In this document: in pieces, positions 36,401 to 43,821 of the stretch | Layout: every line of letters begins with the position of its first letter | How positions within the stretch are numbered: the stretch's first letter is position 1 | IMG/VR virus record: IMGVR_UViG_3300020391_000476 | Location: 1-59,896 of that record | DNA length: 59,896 nucleotides | Source of the DNA: a virus | Lineage: Duplodnaviria; Caudoviricetes | Direction: 5' to 3' (one strand) | The notes under the pieces: model-generated | What the model saw: the letters and a program-made list of their open reading frames with translations, nothing else | Databases searched by the model: none | Told to the model about the DNA's origin: nothing | Position numbers and translations under genes: made by a program

Positions 36401-39400
36401 TAAGTTGTCCCCCTGGCTTTTTGTGTTTTGTTGTACTTCTATATCGGCTTCTTCTATGCTTGAAGTAAGTTCTTTGGTTGCTTTTTCGAGCTGCGCCATC
36501 TTTTTGTCTGCATTATCTTTTGTGGCTCCAATGGAATGCTGGCTTTGCGCATCAAGTATTTGCTTAGGGTTATTAATAAATTTATCAACCCCTTTTTTTC
36601 TGATGGTTTCAACTTCGTCTTTTATATTTAAAACATTTTTAGTGTTGCCTGTTTTCTTTGCTTTTTCTATTGAGTCATCAAATTTCTTTTTAAGATCTTT
36701 AGCTAAATCTCCTAGTTCAATATCATCTAGGGTTTTTTCTATATCCTTAAATGAACTTTCTGCTTTAGATACAATATCTTTCAAAATTTTATCAAATTCT
36801 TCTTTGTTTACTGGGGTTGCAAAATTTGGAACTTCAATTCCGTGTCTCTTGGGGTCTATTCTTTGTTTTTTGGCCCTTCTTATTCCTTGGGCTAATCCAC
36901 CTGGTTCATCACGAGTATTTGTAACAGCAAGGCCCATGGGGTTCATTGGGCTTTTTAATTGAGAACTTTTTTCTATTTTAATTCTTGAACTGGGTACGCC
37001 AGCTGATTTTTCTCTGTGAATTGCTTCTTGCAGTGGGTCCGCAAGGTTAGGTATATAGTAATCTTGCCCACCTCTTAATTTTTGGAGTTCGTCCCAAATC
37101 CTGTTTGCTTCTTCGTTTAATTTACTAATTATTGGATCTATTTCTATGCGAGCTCCACCTTTTTCAATTTGTTTTACATATGGAGCAATTTCGCCCATTT
37201 TGTCTCTCCATTTTTTTCGCAATAATTTGCTGTCAGACATCTTGTCTTTGTCGGATAGGTTTTTTCTATTAAGTTTGACGAAGTTAGGCACTAAACCCTT
37301 ACTAAGATCTCCTTGCATTAAAGGGTCTTTGGCTTCTTTAAATTTTCCTTTTGCTAACAATAAAGTCTCAAAATGCCCGAGCATGTATCCGTCTAATATA
37401 TTTTTAAGTTTTCTTTGGCTTCCTGCTATTTGGATTAAATCTTTTTCGCTCTTGCCTGAAGTTTTAAATGTTTCAATTAAGTTTCTGTCGTCTGGAGTTC
37501 CAGTTAGCGATGCCCTTGCATCATTAAATCCAAATGAACTAGATAGTCCTGATATTTTAGATATAAAATAATCAAACATATTAAACGCTATATCTTTATC
37601 TCCCTCGCTTAACCCTCTTCCAATAAACTCTCCTTTACCCTTTACCCTATCTTCTTGAGCTTTTATTGTTTTTGTTACTTTAGAGAAATTAGGCACCAAA
37701 CCCTTGCTTCGATTTTTACTTTCTTCAAGACCTGTACTTAAATCTGTAATTAAAATTCTGTTTCCAATTTCTTTAGTTCCTAGGGTATTTTGAAAATCTT
37801 TACGATTAATTTTGTTGACGTGGCTCTCAAGGTCTTTTATTCTGTTAAATTTATGTGACGATCCAAGGGCTTCGTTTATAAGTCTGCCAGACGTTAATGC
37901 TCCTTCTTGCATGCGATATCTTAATTGTGGAAAGGCGTATAAAAGATCCTCGAAGTTGCTAGAAGAACCTTGTTTAAATGATTTTTGTTGCTTAATGCTT
38001 CTAGAGGTATATTTACCCCCTCTTTTCATAAATTTTCCTTCTAGTTCACCCCTGATCATCTTGTATGCATCGCCTCTTTTATTAGACTGCAGGAAATCAA
38101 TATCTCTAACATTGGCGCCGTCTTTGACATATGTCATGAAAGAGCCAGTATCTTCGTCTTGTATAATTCTGCCTCTTCTTCCAAAGCCACCATCTAATCT
38201 AACAGGTGAATTTTTAAAGGCAAAGTTTGGGATTAAACCTTTTGACTTTTGACTTGCAACGTGTTGCCTCATTCCTTCTTTCCCAGCTCTCCTGGAGGCA
38301 TTCATTGCTTTTTCTGGATTTTTTGCAACTTCAGATGTTATCTCAAAAAATTCTTTATTATCTAAATGTTTTCCAGATATTTTCCTTTCAATTAAATAAT
38401 TATCTCGATTTAAATTTGGAGAAAATATTGACCTTATTTTTTTATCATCTTCGATTGTAAACCCATCCCTAAATGCATCTCCTGGACCTAAGTCAGGTAT
38501 AATATAGCCAGGCCCAAACATTCCATCATTTTTGTATGTTGCTAATGGGCGTGGGTTATCTTTAGTTCCAGCCATACTAGCTTTCCATAAACGATCATTT
38601 TTTTTGGTATTTCTTAGTCTTGAATATGCCCCAAGCCTGCCTTCCATTTCATCATATGCTTCATCAAATCCTTCTCCTGAATTATTAAGAAGATCATCTT
38701 CCCATTCTTCGTCGTATTGATTAGGTAGTGAATTGTTTGCCTGGAAAGCTCTACTCATAACCCTGAGTTTTCTTAAATTCCCAGAACTATAAATTCCAGA
38801 TGTCATTTCTTTTAGGTTACTATCGCTAATTGAATATTCACGAGCATATAAGTGTTCAATGTCTCTGCTTACCCTACCTTTAGCTACTACATTTCGCCAA
38901 TCATCTAATATTGCGTCTGTTCCTTTTTGACTATCAAAATACCAACCATCACCAGTCCTATTGCTTCTAAAATTTTTATTGTCACCAATATACGCTTGAT
39001 ACAGTTTTTTATAATTTGGCACAAATCCTTTATTTAAACCAAACCTATTTAAAATATCTTTTTCGTCTTGACCTATCCCGCTTGCTAACAAATCATTCCT
39101 AAAATTGTTTCCCCTTATAGATGACTCAAGTTCTTCTTTTGTCATTCCAGGAATAGTATATTCCCCCATTCTTGCTAAAGTGCTTAAATTTTTAACTATA
39201 CTATCCTCCTCGATTTGAGCAATAGATTGAGAAAGAGCGTCAGCTATTTCTCCACTAGTACTAAATCCGCCTATTTTAGTATTAGGATTTTCATATCTAC
39301 TTGGTTCCCTATGGTAAGCAGCGACGCTTTCAAGAGTATCCCTGAATTTTTTATTAGAGTATCTTCTTATGCTTTTCTCAAAAATATTTTGAAGTTTTAT

Positions 39401-42400
39401 ATTTCCAGACTTTACTTCAGTTGGGGCTCCATCTGAACTTATTGCGTCAACGACTGCTTGGTCATCTAATGAAGTAGATAGATATTCCTTTCCAACATCT
39501 GATTCTAAAAATTTCGATTCTGCAAAATTGCCTCTTTGTTTTGTCGTTCCTTCTGTCAAACCTTTTCTAGTATCATTTGTCATTCTTCCTTTTTTATTGA
39601 CAGGTAGGTCAATAAAATCAAAAGGTATTGTTGTTTCTATGTAGTCAACTCCTAGTGCTTCAAGATATGATCCTATATTCTTGAATGTGCTTGTTTTTAA
39701 GTTAGATGATGGTGTCTTGAATTTAATGTTACCTCCACCTAGACTTCCATCAGGCCTTCTTATTTGGTCTTGTATATGTTTAGGGAAATTCTGAAACGGA
39801 GTTCCCTTTAAGTTCATTTTCTCCTGATTTCCTGTTACATTATTTTTTAAAGTTACGCTTGCAAAGTTAGGAACAAAGCCAGAACTCTTTTTTTGGTAAT
39901 ATTTTTTTGCCTGTTCGGGAGAAACGACTTCAAGATCTTTGAAAAATACTTCCTCATCTTTGTATTTTTCCATGCCGTGATGTTTGATCCTTGCGATTTT
40001 CTTATCATTATCTACGCGAGTTACCCTAACGATTTTATTGTGAGGCTTACTGTAGTAGATTGCTCCGTTTTGAACTTTATCAACGAAGTTAGGAACAAGG
40101 CCAGAACTCTTTTTTTGGTAATATTTTTTTGCCTGTTCGGGAGAAACGACTTCAAGATCTTTGAAAAATACTTCCTCATCTTTGTATTTTTCCATGCCGT
40201 GATGTTTGATCCTTGCGATTTTCTTATCATTATCTACGCGAGTTACCCTAACGATTTTATTGTGAGGCTTACTGTAGTAGATTGCTCCGTTTTGAACTTT
40301 ATCAACGAAGTTAGGAACAAGGCCAGAAGAATAGCTTAAATCTTTATTGCCGTAGTATTTACCGCCTTTTATTGACTCCTTGTATTTTTTAAGTACAGAG
40401 TTTACATCTACATTATCTAAATTTTCGAAACCTGGAAGTTCAAGGTTTTTTCTTGTTTGTATTGTTTCTGATATAGCATTTTTGATTTGACTATCAGAAT
40501 ATTTATTGGGGTTTTTCTCTCCCATTGGAACTTTTAAAACCCTGCTTATTTGTGCAGGGGTTATGTTTGCTGGGGCTTTGAATTTTATATTTGCATTGGC
40601 TGGATCGTTTAGAGCAGATTGTATTTTTTCTGAACGAGTTCTGTCGTCTGCGAAATTAGGGATTAGGCCTAAATTTGCTTTTATATTGTGGGCTTGTTTG
40701 TTTCGCTGCTCTATATGTTTCATAGTAGGAGCGCCAAAACTTTCTGTATGAAAATATTCTAGACGCCCTAAGCTTCCATACCCTGCTCGTGGTGGCCATG
40801 ATATTGAGTCAGTGCCAATTAAGTGCCTTAAAAATTTTCCTGTTAAATGCTCGTCAAGGGTGTTTTTATATGCTGTTGGTCCGAATTTAGCTTCTCCAGG
40901 GACATCTATAAAATCAAGAGGAGATCCCGCAAGTCCTCGTTTACGACGTTTAAAATCTGAAATTGCATGCTCAAATCCATTCGCGTTCAAGCTATAAGGC
41001 GCATTTGCTAAAGTATTATAACTTAAAAAAACGGGTTTTGGTGGGTTTCCTTGCATTTTAGCAAATCCATAATGATCAACATTTGCGCTAAAATTTTGTT
41101 TTTTGAAGTCGGCTAGTTCTTTTTTAGTTAGTGGGTTTATATCAAACCTTTTATCTAAACCTAAAAAACTTTGAGGAGCTCCGCTTTTTATACCATTGAA
41201 AACACTATCAATTTCTTTGCCAGTAGCATTTACTTTTGACTTTCCCTTAGATTCTAATGATACATTTGCCCATGGACTAGAATTAGGTGGGCCAACGTAA
41301 GTTGAATCATCTTTTAAATATATTGGTGGCGCTACAAGCTTGTCTCTGTTGACGAATTGATTTCTGTAAGATGTAACTGAGTTTGCAAAAGATATTTTAG
41401 ATCTTCCTCCAGCTTCAACTGCGGCTTGAAAATAATGTCCAGATGCGGATTTTAAATTTTTTTGTTTTAAAAATTTATCCATTAAATCGTCATCAGTTAT
41501 TATCGCAATTCCTTTTTTTTCGGGGTCTTGATGGTGTTGTATAAATTTTGCAATTTTTTCTTTATTCGTTTGTAAGTATTGGTAGTATTCTGTGTGTGGT
41601 CTTGCATTAACAGTGTATCCAGCTTTGTTTAATTGGGCTCCAAAATCTCTATCAAAGTGTGAATGCGCTTTTTTATATGGATTATCAGGGGCTCCTGGAA
41701 GGCCAGTGGCATCTGTAAGTTCTTTGTTTGTCATTCTGTACCCTCCAGACAACCAGGCATTTTTTAATTCTTGGTAAACCTTATTAACATCAGAGCCTTT
41801 TCTGGGCGCAAAATTCGGAATAAACCCTCCACTAGCATAAGGATCAAAACCGTGTTTGTCTGAAAATTTTTCTTTATAGTTTCTTCCAGCCCTACTGCTT
41901 TGTGGCGGCATAATAGCAGGCTGTTTCATTCCCTCAAAATTCTTTACTTTTTCGGCGGTATTATAAATAACCTCACCCATTCCAGGAACCTTCATCTTGG
42001 TTACTTTTCCAGGACTATAACCTGCTTCTATAGCCCCTTTTCTTTCTGTATTTTTTTCTTGAGGTAAAAGGCCTCCAGCACTTCTAATCACTCCATCTCC
42101 ATCGATATCAACAAGCGTACCAGGGGTATTATCGTAACTAAGATCTGGGGTTATCCCTCTTTTTAAAAGAGCGGGGCCTAATTTGCTTGCGAGTTGTTGT
42201 TGTTTTGCAAGCGCATTTGTTTGAGCTTCTATTATCCCCAGTATGTATTGCTCTTGAGCAACCCTGTCTCCTTCAAGTCGGTTTAAAGCTTGAGTTACTT
42301 GAACATTTGAGCCTAATACTTTAACTATAGACTCTTCAATTTGCCTAACTTTTTCTTTTTGAGTTACTATTCCTAAAACATCTTTTAATGAGCCAGAAGC

Positions 42401-43765
42401 AAACTTAAAAACATTAAATAGAAGTTTTGTAAAAATAGCTACAAAAGCGATAGCTGCTGGGCCAGTCAAAACATTCCCAATACCTCTAACTAAACCTTTT
42501 GCAAACGCATTACCTTCCTCTTCTCCTCCTCCTAATGCATTTTTTAAACTTTCTATAGCATTGCCGAACAGTCCAACTGCTTCGCCTAGATCTTGTTTTA
42601 TTGATAATTCACCGATTATTCCTACTAGTTCTTTTAATCCAGAACCAGCTTGCGAAGCCATAGCGGATATGCTTTTATTTAAAAGTTCGTTTTTTCTAGC
42701 TGCTTCTCCAGCTGCGTTAGCTGATATTTCAGTAGCTTGTTGTTGAATGCCTTGAGTTTTTGCTAGGTCAGCAAGAGCGGCTCTAAAAATGTTAGCTTGA
42801 AATATTCCAGCAGCAAACTGAACAATGTTTGATTGTTGACTTTGAGATAGTTCTTCAAAACCTTTCGCTATGTTCTTCAAAACTTTATCAGCTGGAAGAA
42901 CTGCTCCAGTTAGAGTTCTAACTGCAACGCCCATATCTTCTAGCTGCCTGATGGATTCTGGCCTTTGGATTCTCGTAAAAATAGTTTTAAGTCCATTACC
43001 AATAACCGCACCACCACGAGCAGTTGTTTGCTGCAAAGAAGTTATAATTCCAACTAAGTTATCAAGGTCAACGCCAGCATCAATAGCAACAGCCCCAGCT
43101 CGCTCCAGACCGTTAATTAAGTCTTCAGAGCTAACAGCAAATTTTACGTCTACCGCAGCGAGTTTGTCTATAATATCTGTTGTTGTTAGACCTGCTTCTC
43201 CGAAAGCATTTACTGCTGCAGTTAATCCAGAAACAGCCTCAGCCGCATCTAAGCTTGTGATACGAGTCAATGTAAGGGCATCATTGGTTCTTTTTAAAAC
43301 TTCTTCTACGCTTAAACCTTGACGAGAAAATTCAAGAGCGGCTTCAGCAGCAATATTGAAAGATTGAGCTGTGTTTTGAGCTACATCAAATAAACCCTGT
43401 CCAAACTTTTCGATCTGTTCATTTGAGGAATTTAAAACTACATTAATGTCCTGGAGAGTTTTTTCAAATCTAATGGTCTCTGCAACTAAAAATTTAAAAG
43501 AATCTGTTATTGCATTAATTATTCCAACTGAAGCTCCAAACGCTATAACACGAGCATTAGAAGCTTCTAAAGATTTGGTGAATTCATTTGCGGATGCTGT
43601 AATTCTACCAAGCGGCTGGGTAAAGCTTTTTCCGTTTACATTAAAAGATATATCTTTTCCTGAAACATTTTGTACAGTTTTGTTTATCTCTCTAGCAGCG
43701 CGATCCATGCTTCGTTTTACTGAAGCCATGTTTACTTTTAGATCAACATTTGCTCTTACTGCCAT
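30401..43765 (-). CDS. Giant tape measure protein (4454 aa) with an internal motif-delimited cassette array
   Basis: N-terminal TP901-type core (EFSRQG, DKLAAVD...AVSSEDL..GL.RAG, IGNGLKTIFTRI), long coiled coils, and C-terminal FAKGG..GPGGIDNVPAMLTAGEYV motifs. Position between tube and tail tip genes. Confidence 0.93.
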   Translation of the reverse strand: MAVRANVDLKVNMASVKRSMDRAAREINKTVQNVSGKDISFNVNGKSFTQPLGRITASANEFTKSLEASNARVIAFGASVGIINAITDSFKFLVAETIRFEKTLQDINVVLNSSNEQIEKFGQGLFDVAQNTAQSFNIAAEAALEFSRQGLSVEEVLKRTNDALTLTRITSLDAAEAVSGLTAAVNAFGEAGLTTTDIIDKLAAVDVKFAVSSEDLINGLERAGAVAIDAGVDLDNLVGIITSLQQTTARGGAVIGNGLKTIFTRIQRPESIRQLEDMGVAVRTLTGAVLPADKVLKNIAKGFEELSQSQQSNIVQFAAGIFQANIFRAALADLAKTQGIQQQATEISANAAGEAARKNELLNKSISAMASQAGSGLKELVGIIGELSIKQDLGEAVGLFGNAIESLKNALGGGEEEGNAFAKGLVRGIGNVLTGPAAIAFVAIFTKLLFNVFKFASGSLKDVLGIVTQKEKVRQIEESIVKVLGSNVQVTQALNRLEGDRVAQEQYILGIIEAQTNALAKQQQLASKLGPALLKRGITPDLSYDNTPGTLVDIDGDGVIRSAGGLLPQEKNTERKGAIEAGYSPGKVTKMKVPGMGEVIYNTAEKVKNFEGMKQPAIMPPQSSRAGRNYKEKFSDKHGFDPYASGGFIPNFAPRKGSDVNKVYQELKNAWLSGGYRMTNKELTDATGLPGAPDNPYKKAHSHFDRDFGAQLNKAGYTVNARPHTEYYQYLQTNKEKIAKFIQHHQDPEKKGIAIITDDDLMDKFLKQKNLKSASGHYFQAAVEAGGRSKISFANSVTSYRNQFVNRDKLVAPPIYLKDDSTYVGPPNSSPWANVSLESKGKSKVNATGKEIDSVFNGIKSGAPQSFLGLDKRFDINPLTKKELADFKKQNFSANVDHYGFAKMQGNPPKPVFLSYNTLANAPYSLNANGFEHAISDFKRRKRGLAGSPLDFIDVPGEAKFGPTAYKNTLDEHLTGKFLRHLIGTDSISWPPRAGYGSLGRLEYFHTESFGAPTMKHIEQRNKQAHNIKANLGLIPNFADDRTRSEKIQSALNDPANANIKFKAPANITPAQISRVLKVPMGEKNPNKYSDSQIKNAISETIQTRKNLELPGFENLDNVDVNSVLKKYKESIKGGKYYGNKDLSYSSGLVPNFVDKVQNGAIYYSKPHNKIVRVTRVDNDKKIARIKHHGMEKYKDEEVFFKDLEVVSPEQAKKYYQKKSSGLVPNFVDKVQNGAIYYSKPHNKIVRVTRVDNDKKIARIKHHGMEKYKDEEVFFKDLEVVSPEQAKKYYQKKSSGFVPNFASVTLKNNVTGNQEKMNLKGTPFQNFPKHIQDQIRRPDGSLGGGNIKFKTPSSNLKTSTFKNIGSYLEALGVDYIETTIPFDFIDLPVNKKGRMTNDTRKGLTEGTTKQRGNFAESKFLESDVGKEYLSTSLDDQAVVDAISSDGAPTEVKSGNIKLQNIFEKSIRRYSNKKFRDTLESVAAYHREPSRYENPNTKIGGFSTSGEIADALSQSIAQIEEDSIVKNLSTLARMGEYTIPGMTKEELESSIRGNNFRNDLLASGIGQDEKDILNRFGLNKGFVPNYKKLYQAYIGDNKNFRSNRTGDGWYFDSQKGTDAILDDWRNVVAKGRVSRDIEHLYAREYSISDSNLKEMTSGIYSSGNLRKLRVMSRAFQANNSLPNQYDEEWEDDLLNNSGEGFDEAYDEMEGRLGAYSRLRNTKKNDRLWKASMAGTKDNPRPLATYKNDGMFGPGYIIPDLGPGDAFRDGFTIEDDKKIRSIFSPNLNRDNYLIERKISGKHLDNKEFFEITSEVAKNPEKAMNASRRAGKEGMRQHVASQKSKGLIPNFAFKNSPVRLDGGFGRRGRIIQDEDTGSFMTYVKDGANVRDIDFLQSNKRGDAYKMIRGELEGKFMKRGGKYTSRSIKQQKSFKQGSSSNFEDLLYAFPQLRYRMQEGALTSGRLINEALGSSHKFNRIKDLESHVNKINRKDFQNTLGTKEIGNRILITDLSTGLEESKNRSKGLVPNFSKVTKTIKAQEDRVKGKGEFIGRGLSEGDKDIAFNMFDYFISKISGLSSSFGFNDARASLTGTPDDRNLIETFKTSGKSEKDLIQIAGSQRKLKNILDGYMLGHFETLLLAKGKFKEAKDPLMQGDLSKGLVPNFVKLNRKNLSDKDKMSDSKLLRKKWRDKMGEIAPYVKQIEKGGARIEIDPIISKLNEEANRIWDELQKLRGGQDYYIPNLADPLQEAIHREKSAGVPSSRIKIEKSSQLKSPMNPMGLAVTNTRDEPGGLAQGIRRAKKQRIDPKRHGIEVPNFATPVNKEEFDKILKDIVSKAESSFKDIEKTLDDIELGDLAKDLKKKFDDSIEKAKKTGNTKNVLNIKDEVETIRKKGVDKFINNPKQILDAQSQHSIGATKDNADKKMAQLEKATKELTSSIEEADIEVQQNTKSQGDNLVKLFALQSIISTTNGFLQEFAESTNTVTRTFAKLGTVASDTVASFVQIQMLGDELANFFESMGKKQKEDEEGGSSGVIEGVAGGAAAGGAARGSMFAGIRNMAARGAQAMQRFIKPVAAVVAGFKLADGVFKNFISDDKMGLYMYAMGSASEKAAHRLELMSKSIEATTAAIENLKKQEENKQKIVELEIKGSGRTIKEDQELLDLRVKSYDVEIAVAKSMAELQKEANEGGFAMRMFSEATKKAGKSTLDKADLESMLQQMKVFQAVVSTNESFANTTDSINNNDKLNDAGKSRGYSLAMLTRSLMDESQASKNEDLFKKLSQAGGEPDSMLERMNFGLKEGVSQEDFRNVFKTLHDGLEESESFFIMDENEAFRQAMKSFIDGFKKNDVSKSLRNLIQSNSEGIKELARRVVIEKHVSKMKMAAAKHENSLNKIINKQTSQRSKFLDEQNLIAKSKLLAEKQSLALEDIQNTEKLSTTNAREKLNQALLEQANKLLVTNNLAEMDVGSMKIALENLKEDLNSAGKRVIESAKTFEKINKGLNPENKITASKEDKETASRIIEQTKKQVEEQLKNVNNNPESTLELQKILTDLYSRLAKEGDENVTALVLASTNILKLREEQIKKIRESKLTEQQEIDAAKKAEAIARKELSLQMESENLTAKTLEGNKTLYKILKDRITDSKTLAKEIQESTMFDMQINDAKLEEYNLRKEIINDLTAQAVEAKIGKNTTELIENLPKRGLSKEEIKSFDPNVSGNELDDRQKKLRTTSILLLADKVGLESDGLVLSNLENDIQQSLIDLSGERKRIAEQKFKQEKSSLETQIQEKAEEIKLLKQSKKMGELVLANETADAERAATSSERKVEQLRNIEKRLELANFLVNSEFNELESQRLTEEAKFQIAANNGKLLGTVQEQLKLETSMLEKDAYLAALKSEQAQLLEGINERQKKAQELLDFSNKIDEARLAANRASIDQRALSGMVGADMQINRFNQRYDTRAAATQAINPNATAEDMLAFTEKLKEFNKTTNNGTEAIDALRVKMAEMQVSASNLKSDLVNTGIENLRTNMVQMFKDIGSGAKSVGDAYRDLGLGLAEAILDRMMQHNVDKIISNLTYAFTGVDPEKEANKFLMENNNAVSANTSALEKLRGQLMKGIIPPPPPEFSKEPTKETAEQIEQDRINNTFKPLLEGLDIKITDFTNAGIGLVESLSGAFEKIRQKLEEIKSEVDAKVDPVTNDTVKTTPFNEKGSGLELELSPDPPVYGTLRQLAKLERDATLNQEKLEVNKNNLKEAEQEKSLMDKPGFTIQNYAPMMPYVPYMPQTLPPTKVEATNYGKIDEEIKGIEEKIKNSTRQAKRHDRLSINKKRLGLPNENHIEQSIKHEEEITNLTAELKSKQAQRKTNTATISKLLEEKVSLAEIEKSIAYQINELEKQLYINKMRESAAQNAITIATEARAASLQQPSATTTTTDSPPAVEPTPPGKNFWGGKIQRFAKGGLVEGPGGIDNVPAMLTAGEYVVPKEEVQNFSGGGRATRFFKGATQAAVMTITADAVNKAMEDQSKKKGPPVFDMKRMNPLALGSDVSLKTGDPRMSGRALAKSQEMQEYKDYLLEKAAYEVDKKNAKFKKRMGYLQQAMGFISSFAVAEVTDILREPLRKTVDFISSPFVKTGKYIGNKASDFFNGDLGFGEYSDAYKAANKTGYDLSYNQIKNSFETGQPIEYTTNRGKKNATTRTLTPQDRRRVGPEGSISYQPGNFLKVTRTRTFDDRAFVDPTRPDSNNMESSYGRRTLRNNSGGKIPSMLTRGEGFIPSSTAKKIGYQNLESMNRTGSLPTIQGPSGIDKVGPVGLDEGDFIIRKSSTDKLMRDNPNTMRFAMQNPDGFRKSATGYYDGGIVGTGSQASFPSNQSNPESPKGNQPVNRIQPLIEAAKSSETEKTSAAQNNEITNNISVNVTIDSSGKESVEAQTPEGSYQQEQELAMKIKTRVLEVIREEKRLGGELDK
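36821..41827 (-). repeat. Eleven dispersed in-frame copies of a G-[FL]-[IV]-P-N-F-type peptide motif inside the TMP
   Basis: GFIPNF 41810-41827; GLIPNF 40652-40669; GLVPNF 40307-40324 and 40085-40102; GFVPNF 39863-39880; GFVPNY 39011-39028; GLIPNF 38222-38239; GLVPNF 37685-37702 and 37280-37297; YYIPNL 37043-37060; GIEVPNF 36821-36841. Confidence 0.9.
39878..40328. repeat. Exact 222-bp tandem duplication (74 aa) inside the TMP
   Basis: 39878-40099 equals 40100-40321 base for base, with the match continuing to 40328. Confidence 0.95.
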
Positions 43766-43768
43766 TTT

Positions 43769-43793
43769 CCTTGTTCCTTATACTATAATACAC
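43769..43793 (-). promoter_or_regulatory. GTGTA element plus AGGAACAAGG leader upstream of the TMP
   Basis: Minus strand GTGTA-TTATAGTATA-AGGAACAAGG-AAA-ATG. Confidence 0.6.
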
Positions 43794-43821
43794 CTAAAAC
43801 ATGAATTATTTAATCATTATG

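Noticed and set aside
40091-40322. AGGAACAAGG on the plus strand inside the TMP repeats
   Set aside because: It is the reverse complement of the Gly-Leu-Val-Pro codons of the motif, antisense to the gene, so probably a coincidence.
39863-40328. The 222-bp repeats and PNF motif DNA as a CRISPR array or a DGR template/variable repeat pair
   Set aside because: The spacing is long, irregular and in frame. The two copies are identical with no adenine-specific mismatches, and there is no cas or reverse transcriptase gene in the window.
36821-41827. TMP inserts as inteins or introns
   Set aside because: There are no C/S...HN splice-junction motifs or LAGLIDADG signatures, and the reading frame is uninterrupted.
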